A DNA stretch of 64,000 bases, taken from assembly GCA_965238075.1 (NCBI GenBank), contig OZ250173.1, positions 128,001 through 192,000 on the forward strand, read 5' to 3'. Below the pieces are notes generated by a model, which ran no database searches, was not told where the DNA came from, and was given only the letters and a program-made list of their open reading frames with translations. The position numbers and the translations under genes are program-made. The stretch is from Candidatus Entotheonellaceae bacterium. Lineage in GTDB: Bacteria > Tectomicrobia > Entotheonellia > Entotheonellales > Entotheonellaceae. Position 1 is the stretch's first letter; each line of letters starts with the position of its first letter. Of this stretch, positions 8,177 through 18,256 are shown piece by piece.

Positions 8177-10540
8177 CTAAATTCGGTGAGCGGGATCCGG
8201 CGTTGAGGCAAGCCCGTTTTTGGCGCGTCTTGCGAGATAGCATCCCACCGCTGCTATCGTCATCGGCACCACGCCCAAGACGATGAAGACGAGATCTCCG
8301 GGAAGCCGCAGCCACTCCAGCGTTACCACCAGACGCTGATTCAGAAATGCCTCGCTTCGGGCATGCCAGTATCCGTTCTCGAGCACGTCGATGAGCTGAA
8401 GCACCCCAACAGGAAAGAGGTTGCTCAGTGACATGAGCGCCAGACCGATATTCAACCCCCAAAAACTCACTCGGACATAGCGCTCCAAACGATCCCACAG
8501 ATCTACCGGCGCAGCCTGACGCAGCGCAAACACGGTCAGGGCCATGGCCAGCATACCAAAGACGCCCATCATGGCGGTATGCCCGTGGTTGGGCGTGAGG
8601 AGCGTACCCGCTTCGAAGTAACTGACGATCGGCAAATTGATCAAGAATCCGAAAATCCCCGCCCCCACAAAGTTCCAGAACCCAACCGAGATGAGAAAAT
8701 AAAATGTCCATTTGTGGGGGACGGCAACCGACTCGCCACAGATATCGCACTCGGACCGCGTGAGCTTGATGAAATCCCAGGCATCCAGGGTCAGGAGGGT
8801 GAGGGGCACGACTTCCAGTGCCGAAAACACGGCACCCAGTGCCATCGTAACCGTCGGGTGTCCGGTCCAGTACCAATGATGTCCGGTTCCGATAAGGCCG
8901 CCGCCCAGATAGAGGATGGCGTCAAGGTAGACCACACGGGCTGCCGTCAGGGGTGTAATGAGACCCAGTTTGTTAAAGATGATTGCGACCATGACCGTGA
9001 CGAACAATTCAAAGAAGCCTTCGACCCACAAATGGATGATCCAAAATCGCCAGGTATCAACGACCGAAAAATGGCTGGAGCCATCAAAGAACATGGCCGG
9101 CAGGTAAAAAACGGGGATGGCCGCCGCCGTATACAGAAACAGGGAGGCGATTTCTCCACCGTCCGCCCGCTTTCGGGCCGGCGCCACGGCGCGGAACAGC
9201 AGGATGATCCAGAAGATCAGGGCGGCGGCGAGAAGAATCTGCCACAGGCGGCCCAGTTCGAGATACTCCCACCCTTGATGACCCAGCCAATACCACATGT
9301 TGCCAAGGAGTTGATGGAGCCCGAGAAATTCGCCCAGCATGCTTCCACCGACAACGACAACCAAGGCGCCAAAGAGGAGGTTGATACCCGGAACCTGCCC
9401 GCGGGGTTCGTGTCCGCCCATTGCATGGGCAAGCAGGAGCCCACCGGCCACATAGGCCGTCGCCACCCAGAACACGGCAAGTTGCAGATGCCAGGTACGG
9501 GCCAAGTGACTGGGCAACAGCGAAGAGACATCAAGCCCGTAAAAACTTCCCGGGTCCGCACGATAGTGGGCAGTGGCGCCGCCTAACAGGACCTGGGCCA
9601 GAAACAGGACCGTCACCAGAGCAAAGAATTTGAGGGTTGCCAACTGACTCGGGGTGAACTCGCCGGGCAGCATCTGAGGATGGGCGTGGTCGGTGGCGCT
9701 TTTCCATCCCAGGTAGTCGAATTTGCCAAACACGAATAAAACCCCGGCGATTCCGCCAAGTAGTGCGATCAAACTGAGAGCGCTCCAAAGGAGGGACTGG
9801 CCGGTGGGTGTATTCCCCGCCTCGGGTTCGTAAGGAAAGTTGTTGGTGTAGGAAGCTGAAGTACCCGGGCGCGTCGCAACTGACGCCCAGGCCGTCCAGG
9901 CAAAAAAGGCCGTGAGCTGCCTTAACTCTGAAGCATCAGTAATGTATCCGGCTGGCAAACCTCGACTGCGGGCGGGGTGGGCAAAATGATCTCGCCAAAT
10001 GCCGAGTTGTCGCTCGAAGGAATTGACTTCTGGTAGGGTGAATACCAGGGTTTCCGTGGCTGCGTCGTATCGATTCTGCTTTAGGAGCAGGGCAGTTCCC
10101 GCGCTAACGGTTCGAGAGGCGGTCGAACCTGGCGGGGCATCAGCGGGTGCCGATAGGGCCAAGTAGTCTCGTGTGTCCTCGACCAGGTAGTGCAGGTAAG
10201 CGGCCGAGAAATCGGGTCCAAGGTAGCCGCCATGCCCCCAAATCGAGCCGTTATCCATGAGGCCGTACCTGAGAAAGACCCGTTGCCCGGCAACAATATC
10301 GTCTCGGCTGAAGAGCGGCTCCCCGGTTGGCCCCTGAACCGTCTCCGGGATGGGCGGCGCGTGGGAATAAGACTGCACCGTCATCCAGATGAGGACGGCC
10401 AAGCCACCGATCAGGACCAAAATGACGGTGTGTTTCCACCAAGGCGAGAGTGTTTCAGTGCGTGGGATGGTTGTGCGCATCTGGAGGTATTTCCGGTTGG
10501 CACGGTTGTCTGGATGAGACACTGTTCCCTGGAACGCCAT
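8177..10540 (-). CDS. norB: Quinol-dependent nitric oxide reductase (qNor); start may be 10480
   Basis: GSIWGHGGYLGPDF, SYTNNFPYEP, HLWVEGFFE, GTGHHWYW, NHGHTAMMGVFG heme/Fe ligand motifs; 787-aa single subunit. Confidence 0.93.
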   Translation of the reverse strand: MAFQGTVSHPDNRANRKYLQMRTTIPRTETLSPWWKHTVILVLIGGLAVLIWMTVQSYSHAPPIPETVQGPTGEPLFSRDDIVAGQRVFLRYGLMDNGSIWGHGGYLGPDFSAAYLHYLVEDTRDYLALSAPADAPPGSTASRTVSAGTALLLKQNRYDAATETLVFTLPEVNSFERQLGIWRDHFAHPARSRGLPAGYITDASELRQLTAFFAWTAWASVATRPGTSASYTNNFPYEPEAGNTPTGQSLLWSALSLIALLGGIAGVLFVFGKFDYLGWKSATDHAHPQMLPGEFTPSQLATLKFFALVTVLFLAQVLLGGATAHYRADPGSFYGLDVSSLLPSHLARTWHLQLAVFWVATAYVAGGLLLAHAMGGHEPRGQVPGINLLFGALVVVVGGSMLGEFLGLHQLLGNMWYWLGHQGWEYLELGRLWQILLAAALIFWIILLFRAVAPARKRADGGEIASLFLYTAAAIPVFYLPAMFFDGSSHFSVVDTWRFWIIHLWVEGFFELFVTVMVAIIFNKLGLITPLTAARVVYLDAILYLGGGLIGTGHHWYWTGHPTVTMALGAVFSALEVVPLTLLTLDAWDFIKLTRSECDICGESVAVPHKWTFYFLISVGFWNFVGAGIFGFLINLPIVSYFEAGTLLTPNHGHTAMMGVFGMLAMALTVFALRQAAPVDLWDRLERYVRVSFWGLNIGLALMSLSNLFPVGVLQLIDVLENGYWHARSEAFLNQRLVVTLEWLRLPGDLVFIVLGVVPMTIAAVGCYLARRAKNGLASTPDPAHRI

Positions 10541-10653
10541 GAGAGAGAGTCATCTCTTACCCTGCAACTTCAGCTCTCAGCAAGAAATTCCGTGGCATCG
10601 ACTGATCCCGCAAGACCGCCGCCGCAGTCATGTGCTAGTTATGAGTCGTGAGC

Positions 10654-13600
10654 CTAATAGTCGATACGCCATAACAGATCGAGCGAGGTTTGCCCTTCGT
10701 CATTGCTGGTGCCCTTGAGCTTCACGTGGGGGCTCAGGCTGTACTCCACCCCCACGGTGTTGCGGTCTTGCTCGCCGAGTTGATGCTGGTAGGAGATAAA
10801 CAAATCTTGTGTGACGTAGCGACCGCCCGTCACGCTACCGCTACCAAACTCATCCTCCACGTCGACTTCCAGGGTGTCGAGTCCGAGGGTGCTGCCCACT
10901 CTTTTTTCCAGAAATTTCGAGATGACATTGCCCGCGACTTCTGCCGCGTGGCTGGAAAGAGCGGTTTTCTCCGAACCGCTCAGGCGGTCCCGGGTTTTGC
11001 CGAAGACAAGCAGCGACAAGATATCCTCTTCCGCAAGGTCCGGGGTGCTGCTGAAATTGAACTGGGGACGCTTGCTTTCGCCCTCGACATGCAGGGCGAT
11101 GCTGTAGCCAGAGACTTCGTGGCGGGCGACGACGTCGAGAAACGGGTTGAGCTCGTTAGCTCCCGTAAACGTCATTTTGCCGCGTTCGAGGTCGAATTTT
11201 TTCCCCATGAAGCCGACAAACCCACGCACAGTTTCGGCGCTGCCTCCGATAACGAAGGGCTCGTCGAAGTTCTTGGCGACGAGAAACGAACCCCGAAGCT
11301 CAAGGGCGGTTTCAGGGCCTACCAACCAGACGTTCTTGGGCATCCTGACGCTGAGTTCCGTTTGCAAATTCCGCGTGATGGACGATTCCGGCGCCGCCTT
11401 GTCGGCTTTCGCGGCATCGGTCTCTCCTTCAGGGTCACCGCCGTAGACGCCTGGCACGGTCAGATCAGAGGGTGACACGGAGACCGGACCGGCTCCGAAA
11501 TCATCGATGCGAATTCGCGCCCGCGCAATGGTCAGGTCGCCCTTGACCGTGAGCGCATCCAAGGAGCCTTGGGCTTCGACGGCGCCCGTTAACCGGGCTT
11601 GAATGGAAGGCGTATTCATTGCGGTAAAGTCGTGAGCCTGCAAGGAAAGTTGCAGCTGTTCCAGGCCGCCTCCGGTAACCTCCAGCCAGCCGTTCACACC
11701 GACTGTTCCGGTCTCTGATGCCATGCGTAAATCATCGATATCCAGGCGGTTGTTCGTCAATTTGAGCCGGGCCTGGATGTCGCGGTACGACTCGCCGATG
11801 ACGGCCAGCAGCAAGACACCGTCACGCAGGAAAATGTTGCCGTTTACCTCTGGAGCCTTGACGGTGCCGCCCACTCGCAACTGAGCATCCAGCCATCCGT
11901 TGCTCCGCTGGATCGCGTCGACGAAAGGGGCGAGCCTTGCGAGATCGAAGGACGACGTCACCTTCAAGTCCAGCGGGTAATTGTGCTGCAGCCCCACCCC
12001 GCCTTTCACGTCGAGAAGCGCCGTGCTGCCGTCGTGCCACTGTAAATGGTTGTCGACCGTGTCATCTGCCAGCCCCAAATCCAGGCGGATTTCACCGAGG
12101 GGCTGGTCCTTCAAAGTCAGGTCGCTCAGTTGCAAAACCCCAGCGGCTTCGGGATGTTCCACACTACCCTTTGCGGTTAGGCGGAGGTTCATCCGCCCAG
12201 CCGCAGGCACGCCCGGCACGAAGGTCTGCAGCCACGGTTCGATTTCTACCTGATTCAGGGAAAACGAGGCGGCGAGGGGGCCGGAGGGTCGCAAGGAACC
12301 GCTCGCGCGAATCGCCTGCTCACCGTATTGGAGATGGAAGTCCCTCAATAGAATCGTCCCGTTGGCCTGGCGAACCATCCGGATCGGGTTGGGATTCGTC
12401 CAGCGCCAGTGGCGATACTGCAGCCGCAAGATGTCAAGTCTGACGTCCTGATCCTCCTGCAGGGCGACGTGCCCGGCGATGCGCGTGTGCCGGTAAGGGC
12501 CATCGGTGACGGAGAAATCGACCTGAGCTTGTTGGTCACGGTAGCGCCCGTCGAACGTTACCGAGCTGGCCGGCAGAGCGCTTCCTTGAATGCCATCGAG
12601 GGAGGCGGTCAAGGTCGCGCGCGGATTTGTCGTCAATTCCTCTCCCTGGAACGTTACCCGAACCCGCTCCCCTTGGAAGTCGCCATAGCGCCAATCGTCG
12701 AGTTGCATCTGACCCTGAGCCTGGAGGGCGTCGAGAGCCCCGCTGAGCGAGCCGGTAAGGCCGCCGTTGGCCCGGACCGGTGTGCCAAGGTGCGGACCGA
12801 GCGGGGTGAGGTCTTTGAATAACACCTGGTAGTCAGCATGAAGTTGCCGCGTCTGCGATAACGCGCCTGCCGCCGTGAGTTGAGCGGGAATGCTGTCGAA
12901 GTGGAATTCATCGAGGGTCACGGCTGAACCGGCCAGCGCGGCCCGCACGACACCCGACAACTCTGGCGCCAGATTGAAGTCCTGGGAGTTGATGGTCAGG
13001 TGCAAATCGGCCCGGCGCTCGGACTCGGAAAATCCGCTCCCCTTCAGAGACATCTGCGCACTGAAGGTGCCGTCGGCAGCGGGCAGAAAAGTGGCGATGT
13101 CGAGGTCATTGAGCGTGATCTCGGCCGAGTACGCCGGGCGTTGCAGGTCGGCAGCCCCTTTCAGATGCACGTCGGTCTCCCCATAACGCAGGTGTGCCAT
13201 GAGCGTTGGCTCGGAGGTAGAGCCGCCAAGCTGCAGGGCACCCGTTACCTCACGAGAAAGCGAGGGCGGCCAAGAGGAGGCGAATTCAGTGAGATTCAGG
13301 CGAGGCACTTGAAGCCGCAGGTTGAACCTCCGATCAGCCAACGTCATCCGCCCGTGACCTTCAATACGACTCTTCGGGGTGATGATCCGCATCTGCCGCA
13401 GGTCGAACTGCGACGGGCTTATGTGAGCGCTTGCTGACAGCGTCGTCGAGGGTAGATCAAGGGCGTCGGTCGTAGCCTGAAAACGGTCAATGGTTGCCTC
13501 GAAGCCGTCGGGACTCCAAGCAGCATTCGCCTGTAGGCGCACATCTTTGACCGTGATGGGTTGCGCGGGTTGGTCCGGATCAGATGCGGGGAACTGTCCG

Positions 13601-16086
13601 CTGGCCGAGGCAATGCGGAGGTCGAGACGAGACACGCGCGGCTGCACCATGCCGGCTGTCAACGCCTGCGCCAGTTCGGGGACCGAGCCGGCGGTTTCGA
13701 GTTCGGCAGTCATGCGAATCGGCGCGTCGAGCGCCTCAATGGCGTTCTGTACGCCAAAGTTTTGTAGATCGATATCGGACGTTAACTGCAATTGTGCAAA
13801 GGTGCCGCGAAGCGTGACGTTGCCTTGCAGGGTACCAGACAAGGCCGGGGTGGGCACGATGGCCCGCAAAGAGACGAGCGAGGGCTGCAGGATTTGAACG
13901 GACAGGTTTACCGGTGCGTCGAGCAGGCGCTCTGAGAGAGGGACGTCGGCCAGCGCCAGGTCCAGCGGCGCCTCGACATCCACCCGCATCACGTCGCGGT
14001 TGTCGTGGCGCGCGGTGATCTGTCCGGTCAGTTTCTCCCCCTCATATCGCATGCTTGCCTGGAGACGGTCGAACAGCGACTCTTGCTCTGCGGGCGGGAT
14101 CAGACGGAGTTCGGCTTGGAATTGGGGCTCGGTCAACGTGCCGCTCGCGTACACGACGAGTGAGGCACGGCCTGCTATGAGATTCGATAACGCCAATTTG
14201 TCTTGTAAATACGTCAGGTCAACGGACGACGCTTCAAGACGCACGTTGCGAATGAACTCCTTTTCAATCCCGCCACTGAGCGAGACCGATTCCTCACCGT
14301 GTGCCAGTCGAAAAGACTTGATGTTGAAGGCCCCGGATTTCACCGTTACATCCCATGGCTCGGGGGCATGCCAAGTTCGGTCTTCAAAACGAAGCTGAAC
14401 GGTGTCGAGGACTACGTGTTGCACCCCCTCGTCCAGGGTGAGATGACCGGCCAGGTGACCTTCCATCCGGGTTGACTGGTTGAGTTGGGTGGCGAAAGTC
14501 ACCTTCCGTTGGACGCCATCATAGGTGGCTTGAAGCTGAGCGTCGGCGGCAGGGAATTCGCCAATCGACAGGTCGTGTAAACGCAGCTGGGCCGAGGCAC
14601 GCGGAGCCGTCCCGAGTTGGCTCGCCTGGTAATCGAGTTCGAGACGATGCAGGCGATGGGCATGGAGCTGCACCTCTGTGGCGGTCAGCTTGCCCGCCAC
14701 ATGGAGGTCCGGCCAAGTGCCTTTGACGCTGCCTTGCAGGCGCAGCCCGCCGTTGAGTGCGTCAACGCCGAATAGCGGCCTGAGCTGAGAGACCTGGGCT
14801 TTCGCCTCGTAGGTGAGATCAGACGTACCCTGAAAGTCGAGGGAGCCGCCTGCAGTGACGGTGGCCAGCGATGAGATGAGCTCAAAGGCTTCAACGTGAA
14901 CACGCTGTGATTGCGCCACGATGCGAATTTGTGAAGGGCTCAGGGTGACGTCGCCCAGATGGGAGGGCTGGATGGAGATGTTCAATTGCCCCTCAAGCGT
15001 TTGAGGCGACAGCCCTCTGGCATCGACATTCAACACCATGTTGAGATCGCTCTCCAGGTCTTGCCGGTTGGCCAATGCTGCTATATCGAGCTGGTGCACC
15101 TTGAGCGTGCCGCGGTATCGCGGAGGGCTGTCCGCCGCGTTGATGTGACCTTGAAATGTGACTTGGCCGGCTTCGGCGCGCAAATCCGCATCGAGGCGGA
15201 GATCGGCGAGAGGGCCTTGGGCTAGCAAATCCAGGTGAAGTTTCCCTCGCAGGGTGTCATCGGCCAGCAAGCGGCCAATTTCAGCCCCATCGACTGGGTG
15301 CAGCTTGGCGTTGAACTGAACCGGGTGAGGGTTGCCGGGCAGTATGAGGTTGAATTCCGCCTGCGTGTTCTTCGTCCGGAGTTGCAGTTGCTCGATTCGG
15401 AGCTGTTTTCCTGTCATGTGAAGCGTGCCGCGCAACCCGGTGAGATTCACCTGCGCCGGATGGGTCTGCGCGGTAAATTCCTGAACCGTCAAGTGAACGC
15501 CCGTGTCATCGGCGTGTCCTTCGAGCGTGATCTGCAAGCCTGAAATTTCGGTGACGCCTTTGAGGAAGCCGAGTGCAACCCGGCTGCGGCCGTCTTGTAC
15601 GCGAAGACGCTTGATTTGCACGGCGATCGGCGGCGCTAAGGAACCGCTTTGAGTCGCGGCGGAGTCGGCAGGCTGCGAAGTTGTTGGGACCAGACGGGCC
15701 AGGTTGAACGTCCCGTCGGGGGCCTGACTCAGGGCAAGGTCGGGGCGGATAATTTCGATATCGTGAATGACCAGCTTTCCACGCAGCAAGCTCGTTGGCT
15801 GATAGCGCAGGTGGACGGCATCGATGCGGGCGACGACGGCGTCCGTATGGTCGCGCACGACCACATTGGCGAGGCTGGGTGCGCTAAGCAGGGAACCCTC
15901 CAAGGCGCCGATTTCCAGGGTGCCATTGAGTCGGTGGGATATACGCTGAGCAGCCGTTTGAACAAGCCATGCACGGACGGGCGCGACAATGGGTCGAGCA
16001 GGCGTCGGAGCCGTGACCAGAAGTGTGAGAAAGAGAACAAGCAGCCCGAGACCCACACCTGCCGCAATGGATATCCTGCGCCACAT
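10654..16086 (-). CDS. tamB: Translocation and assembly module inner-membrane protein TamB
   Basis: 1810 aa, N-terminal TM, beta-rich body, DUF490-like C-terminus (SSTPDLAEEDILSLLVFG, GGRYVTQDLFISY); follows an Omp85 gene. Confidence 0.9.
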   Translation of the reverse strand: MWRRISIAAGVGLGLLVLFLTLLVTAPTPARPIVAPVRAWLVQTAAQRISHRLNGTLEIGALEGSLLSAPSLANVVVRDHTDAVVARIDAVHLRYQPTSLLRGKLVIHDIEIIRPDLALSQAPDGTFNLARLVPTTSQPADSAATQSGSLAPPIAVQIKRLRVQDGRSRVALGFLKGVTEISGLQITLEGHADDTGVHLTVQEFTAQTHPAQVNLTGLRGTLHMTGKQLRIEQLQLRTKNTQAEFNLILPGNPHPVQFNAKLHPVDGAEIGRLLADDTLRGKLHLDLLAQGPLADLRLDADLRAEAGQVTFQGHINAADSPPRYRGTLKVHQLDIAALANRQDLESDLNMVLNVDARGLSPQTLEGQLNISIQPSHLGDVTLSPSQIRIVAQSQRVHVEAFELISSLATVTAGGSLDFQGTSDLTYEAKAQVSQLRPLFGVDALNGGLRLQGSVKGTWPDLHVAGKLTATEVQLHAHRLHRLELDYQASQLGTAPRASAQLRLHDLSIGEFPAADAQLQATYDGVQRKVTFATQLNQSTRMEGHLAGHLTLDEGVQHVVLDTVQLRFEDRTWHAPEPWDVTVKSGAFNIKSFRLAHGEESVSLSGGIEKEFIRNVRLEASSVDLTYLQDKLALSNLIAGRASLVVYASGTLTEPQFQAELRLIPPAEQESLFDRLQASMRYEGEKLTGQITARHDNRDVMRVDVEAPLDLALADVPLSERLLDAPVNLSVQILQPSLVSLRAIVPTPALSGTLQGNVTLRGTFAQLQLTSDIDLQNFGVQNAIEALDAPIRMTAELETAGSVPELAQALTAGMVQPRVSRLDLRIASASGQFPASDPDQPAQPITVKDVRLQANAAWSPDGFEATIDRFQATTDALDLPSTTLSASAHISPSQFDLRQMRIITPKSRIEGHGRMTLADRRFNLRLQVPRLNLTEFASSWPPSLSREVTGALQLGGSTSEPTLMAHLRYGETDVHLKGAADLQRPAYSAEITLNDLDIATFLPAADGTFSAQMSLKGSGFSESERRADLHLTINSQDFNLAPELSGVVRAALAGSAVTLDEFHFDSIPAQLTAAGALSQTRQLHADYQVLFKDLTPLGPHLGTPVRANGGLTGSLSGALDALQAQGQMQLDDWRYGDFQGERVRVTFQGEELTTNPRATLTASLDGIQGSALPASSVTFDGRYRDQQAQVDFSVTDGPYRHTRIAGHVALQEDQDVRLDILRLQYRHWRWTNPNPIRMVRQANGTILLRDFHLQYGEQAIRASGSLRPSGPLAASFSLNQVEIEPWLQTFVPGVPAAGRMNLRLTAKGSVEHPEAAGVLQLSDLTLKDQPLGEIRLDLGLADDTVDNHLQWHDGSTALLDVKGGVGLQHNYPLDLKVTSSFDLARLAPFVDAIQRSNGWLDAQLRVGGTVKAPEVNGNIFLRDGVLLLAVIGESYRDIQARLKLTNNRLDIDDLRMASETGTVGVNGWLEVTGGGLEQLQLSLQAHDFTAMNTPSIQARLTGAVEAQGSLDALTVKGDLTIARARIRIDDFGAGPVSVSPSDLTVPGVYGGDPEGETDAAKADKAAPESSITRNLQTELSVRMPKNVWLVGPETALELRGSFLVAKNFDEPFVIGGSAETVRGFVGFMGKKFDLERGKMTFTGANELNPFLDVVARHEVSGYSIALHVEGESKRPQFNFSSTPDLAEEDILSLLVFGKTRDRLSGSEKTALSSHAAEVAGNVISKFLEKRVGSTLGLDTLEVDVEDEFGSGSVTGGRYVTQDLFISYQHQLGEQDRNTVGVEYSLSPHVKLKGTSNDEGQTSLDLLWRIDY

Positions 16087-16151
16087 GCTTAGCGCTCCTT
16101 CTCTCGGTTAGGCGGCAGACCAGGGCAATAGGCATCCTGACGCCGATCGCC

Positions 16152-18059
16152 TCAAAAGGCCTGGATGATACTGAGCTCAACGCGGCCAAACGGTTCATCC
16201 GGGCGACGGTCCGTGATGAAGCCTACGTCGAAGCGGAGCGGGCCAATCGGGGTATCGTAGCGAATGCCCGGACCGACGGCATAACGCAACTGATCGAGAT
16301 GATAGACGAGTGACGATTCAAACACCTGGCCGAAATCCACAAAAAGAACCCCACCCAGATCGCCGATGAATGGAAAGCGAAGCTCCGCGCTTCCTTCGAT
16401 CAAGCTACGACCGCCAAGGGGGGCATTGCCGTCAGTGAGCGGTCCCACCCGGTTAACGGCGAAACCCCGGATACTGCCCGGGCCGCCGGCAAAAAAGCGG
16501 ACGTTGAACGGCGCTACCTCGCTGTCTCCGTAGAGCTGCAAGAAACCGAGCTTGAGGCGTGCGGCAAATGTCACTCGGCGCCAGAGAGGGAGGTAGTGGC
16601 GCCCTTCGATGGAAGCCTTGACGAAGTCGAATTCCGATAGCAGGCCGGTCGCTGAGTGCTCCGTACGAAGCAGGGCTATAAAGCCCCGTGTGGCGTTAAT
16701 GGCGCTGTTGCTCGTGTTCCACGTCAGCTCGGCAAACTGCGTGAACAAAAAGTGGTCTCTTGCGACCTCAGGGTCGAGCCGGCGGATGGCATCTGGATCG
16801 ACGTTGCTGAAAGCATTGACGCTGAGCTCGATACCGGCCGAGCCGCCAAATGCTTTGGTGAATTGATGATCCACGCGCGATTCTCCCCCATAGCGTAGCA
16901 CGTCGAAGGCGGGCTGGGCATCCTCGATCTCGAGTATCCGATCCGTCAAGCCGAGGGGGTCCGTGCTGATCTCTTTCTGGCTGTCGACGAAGACGGTCTG
17001 GGTGAACCGGGTGCGCCGGGTGACGAAGTGTGGCAAGTGAAAGCGCGTTTCGAAAGCGAGGCCGGGGGACGAGATTTTGCCGGCCAGCGACAAGTGCTCG
17101 GCGCCGCCGAAGACATTGCGAAACGTCCACTTGGCCTGCAGGCGAAATTGTTCGACGGTGCTCAATCCCAGCCCGATTTCAAAGCTGCGCGGCTGGCGCT
17201 CGCTGAGCTCGAATTCGATGTCCAAAGGCGCGTCCGTCGCTTCCAAGTTGAGGCTTCGGTGCGTCACGGTGCGAAACATCCCGAGGTCGTATATGGCGGC
17301 TTGACTGTCGGTCAATTCGGTCGGGCTGTAGATCTGGCCGGGCTGGAACGTCAGGCGCCGTCGAATGGCTTTGGCTTTGACGTTTTCGGCGCCTTGGATG
17401 GCCACTCGGCCGAATGCCGTGCGCTCGCCCGATTCGAGCGTGTAGGTAAGGAACGCCTCATGCGTCTCCCGGTCGACCTCCGTGCGTGGATGAACTTTGG
17501 CGCGTGCGTACCCGGCACGCTGCAGCGCAAGCAGCAACCGGGCTCTGCTGCCATCAAACGCCGCCTTCGTAATCGGTTTGTCCACGCGCAGCGGCAGGTC
17601 ATTTCTCAGCGTCTCGACCGGCGGCAACTCCGGCGGTGCCGGATCCTGCACCTTTACCTCTACCTCGCGCACGACCGTGACTTCGCCTTCCTCGATTCGA
17701 ATATGAAGCTGGACGGTGTTGTTGGCCTCGTTTTGTTCCACCTTGACCAGCGTGGCGCGAACGTCGAGGTAACCACGATCGAAATAGTATTTCTGCAGGC
17801 GCAATAAATCGTCGTCGACCGTCGCAGGATTGTAGTCGCTGCCGCGCTTCCACGGAGAAAGAAGCGGGCGTTGTTGAGTGGCCATCGCGTTACGCAGCCT
17901 GGCGCTACCGAACTTTTTATTGTCGAGAAAGACGATCTTGCGGACCTCCGGAAAGGCGCTCGGCGGTTCGGTTTCCGGAAACGGCGCCTTTTGCGAGGCG
18001 CAAGCACTGAGCATGACCACGTGCAACACGAGCACCAGGGTGTATCGTGCGGCTTTCAT
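16152..18059 (-). CDS. tamA: Omp85 family TamA/TamL-like outer membrane protein, predicted lipoprotein
   Basis: Lipobox LSA-C; POTRA repeats; RFFAGGPGSIRGF, YDTPIGPLRFD, C-terminal F. Confidence 0.88.
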   Translation of the reverse strand: MKAARYTLVLVLHVVMLSACASQKAPFPETEPPSAFPEVRKIVFLDNKKFGSARLRNAMATQQRPLLSPWKRGSDYNPATVDDDLLRLQKYYFDRGYLDVRATLVKVEQNEANNTVQLHIRIEEGEVTVVREVEVKVQDPAPPELPPVETLRNDLPLRVDKPITKAAFDGSRARLLLALQRAGYARAKVHPRTEVDRETHEAFLTYTLESGERTAFGRVAIQGAENVKAKAIRRRLTFQPGQIYSPTELTDSQAAIYDLGMFRTVTHRSLNLEATDAPLDIEFELSERQPRSFEIGLGLSTVEQFRLQAKWTFRNVFGGAEHLSLAGKISSPGLAFETRFHLPHFVTRRTRFTQTVFVDSQKEISTDPLGLTDRILEIEDAQPAFDVLRYGGESRVDHQFTKAFGGSAGIELSVNAFSNVDPDAIRRLDPEVARDHFLFTQFAELTWNTSNSAINATRGFIALLRTEHSATGLLSEFDFVKASIEGRHYLPLWRRVTFAARLKLGFLQLYGDSEVAPFNVRFFAGGPGSIRGFAVNRVGPLTDGNAPLGGRSLIEGSAELRFPFIGDLGGVLFVDFGQVFESSLVYHLDQLRYAVGPGIRYDTPIGPLRFDVGFITDRRPDEPFGRVELSIIQAF

Positions 18060-18256
18060 GTCTTCTCCGTATGGTGTCCGCGCTCCGAATGGCAGGAATT
18101 TGCGGGGAGGATGGGTTCCTGGAGCGTCAAGGCGGATTCCTCAACGGAAGCGATTTCTCCGGCTGGCTCGCCTTCCCATGGCAATCACGTCTCCCCGTCA
18201 TTCACGGATAGCCGAATCGAGGGTTGTGCGCCGTCTTCCAACTCGCCGATGTGGGG

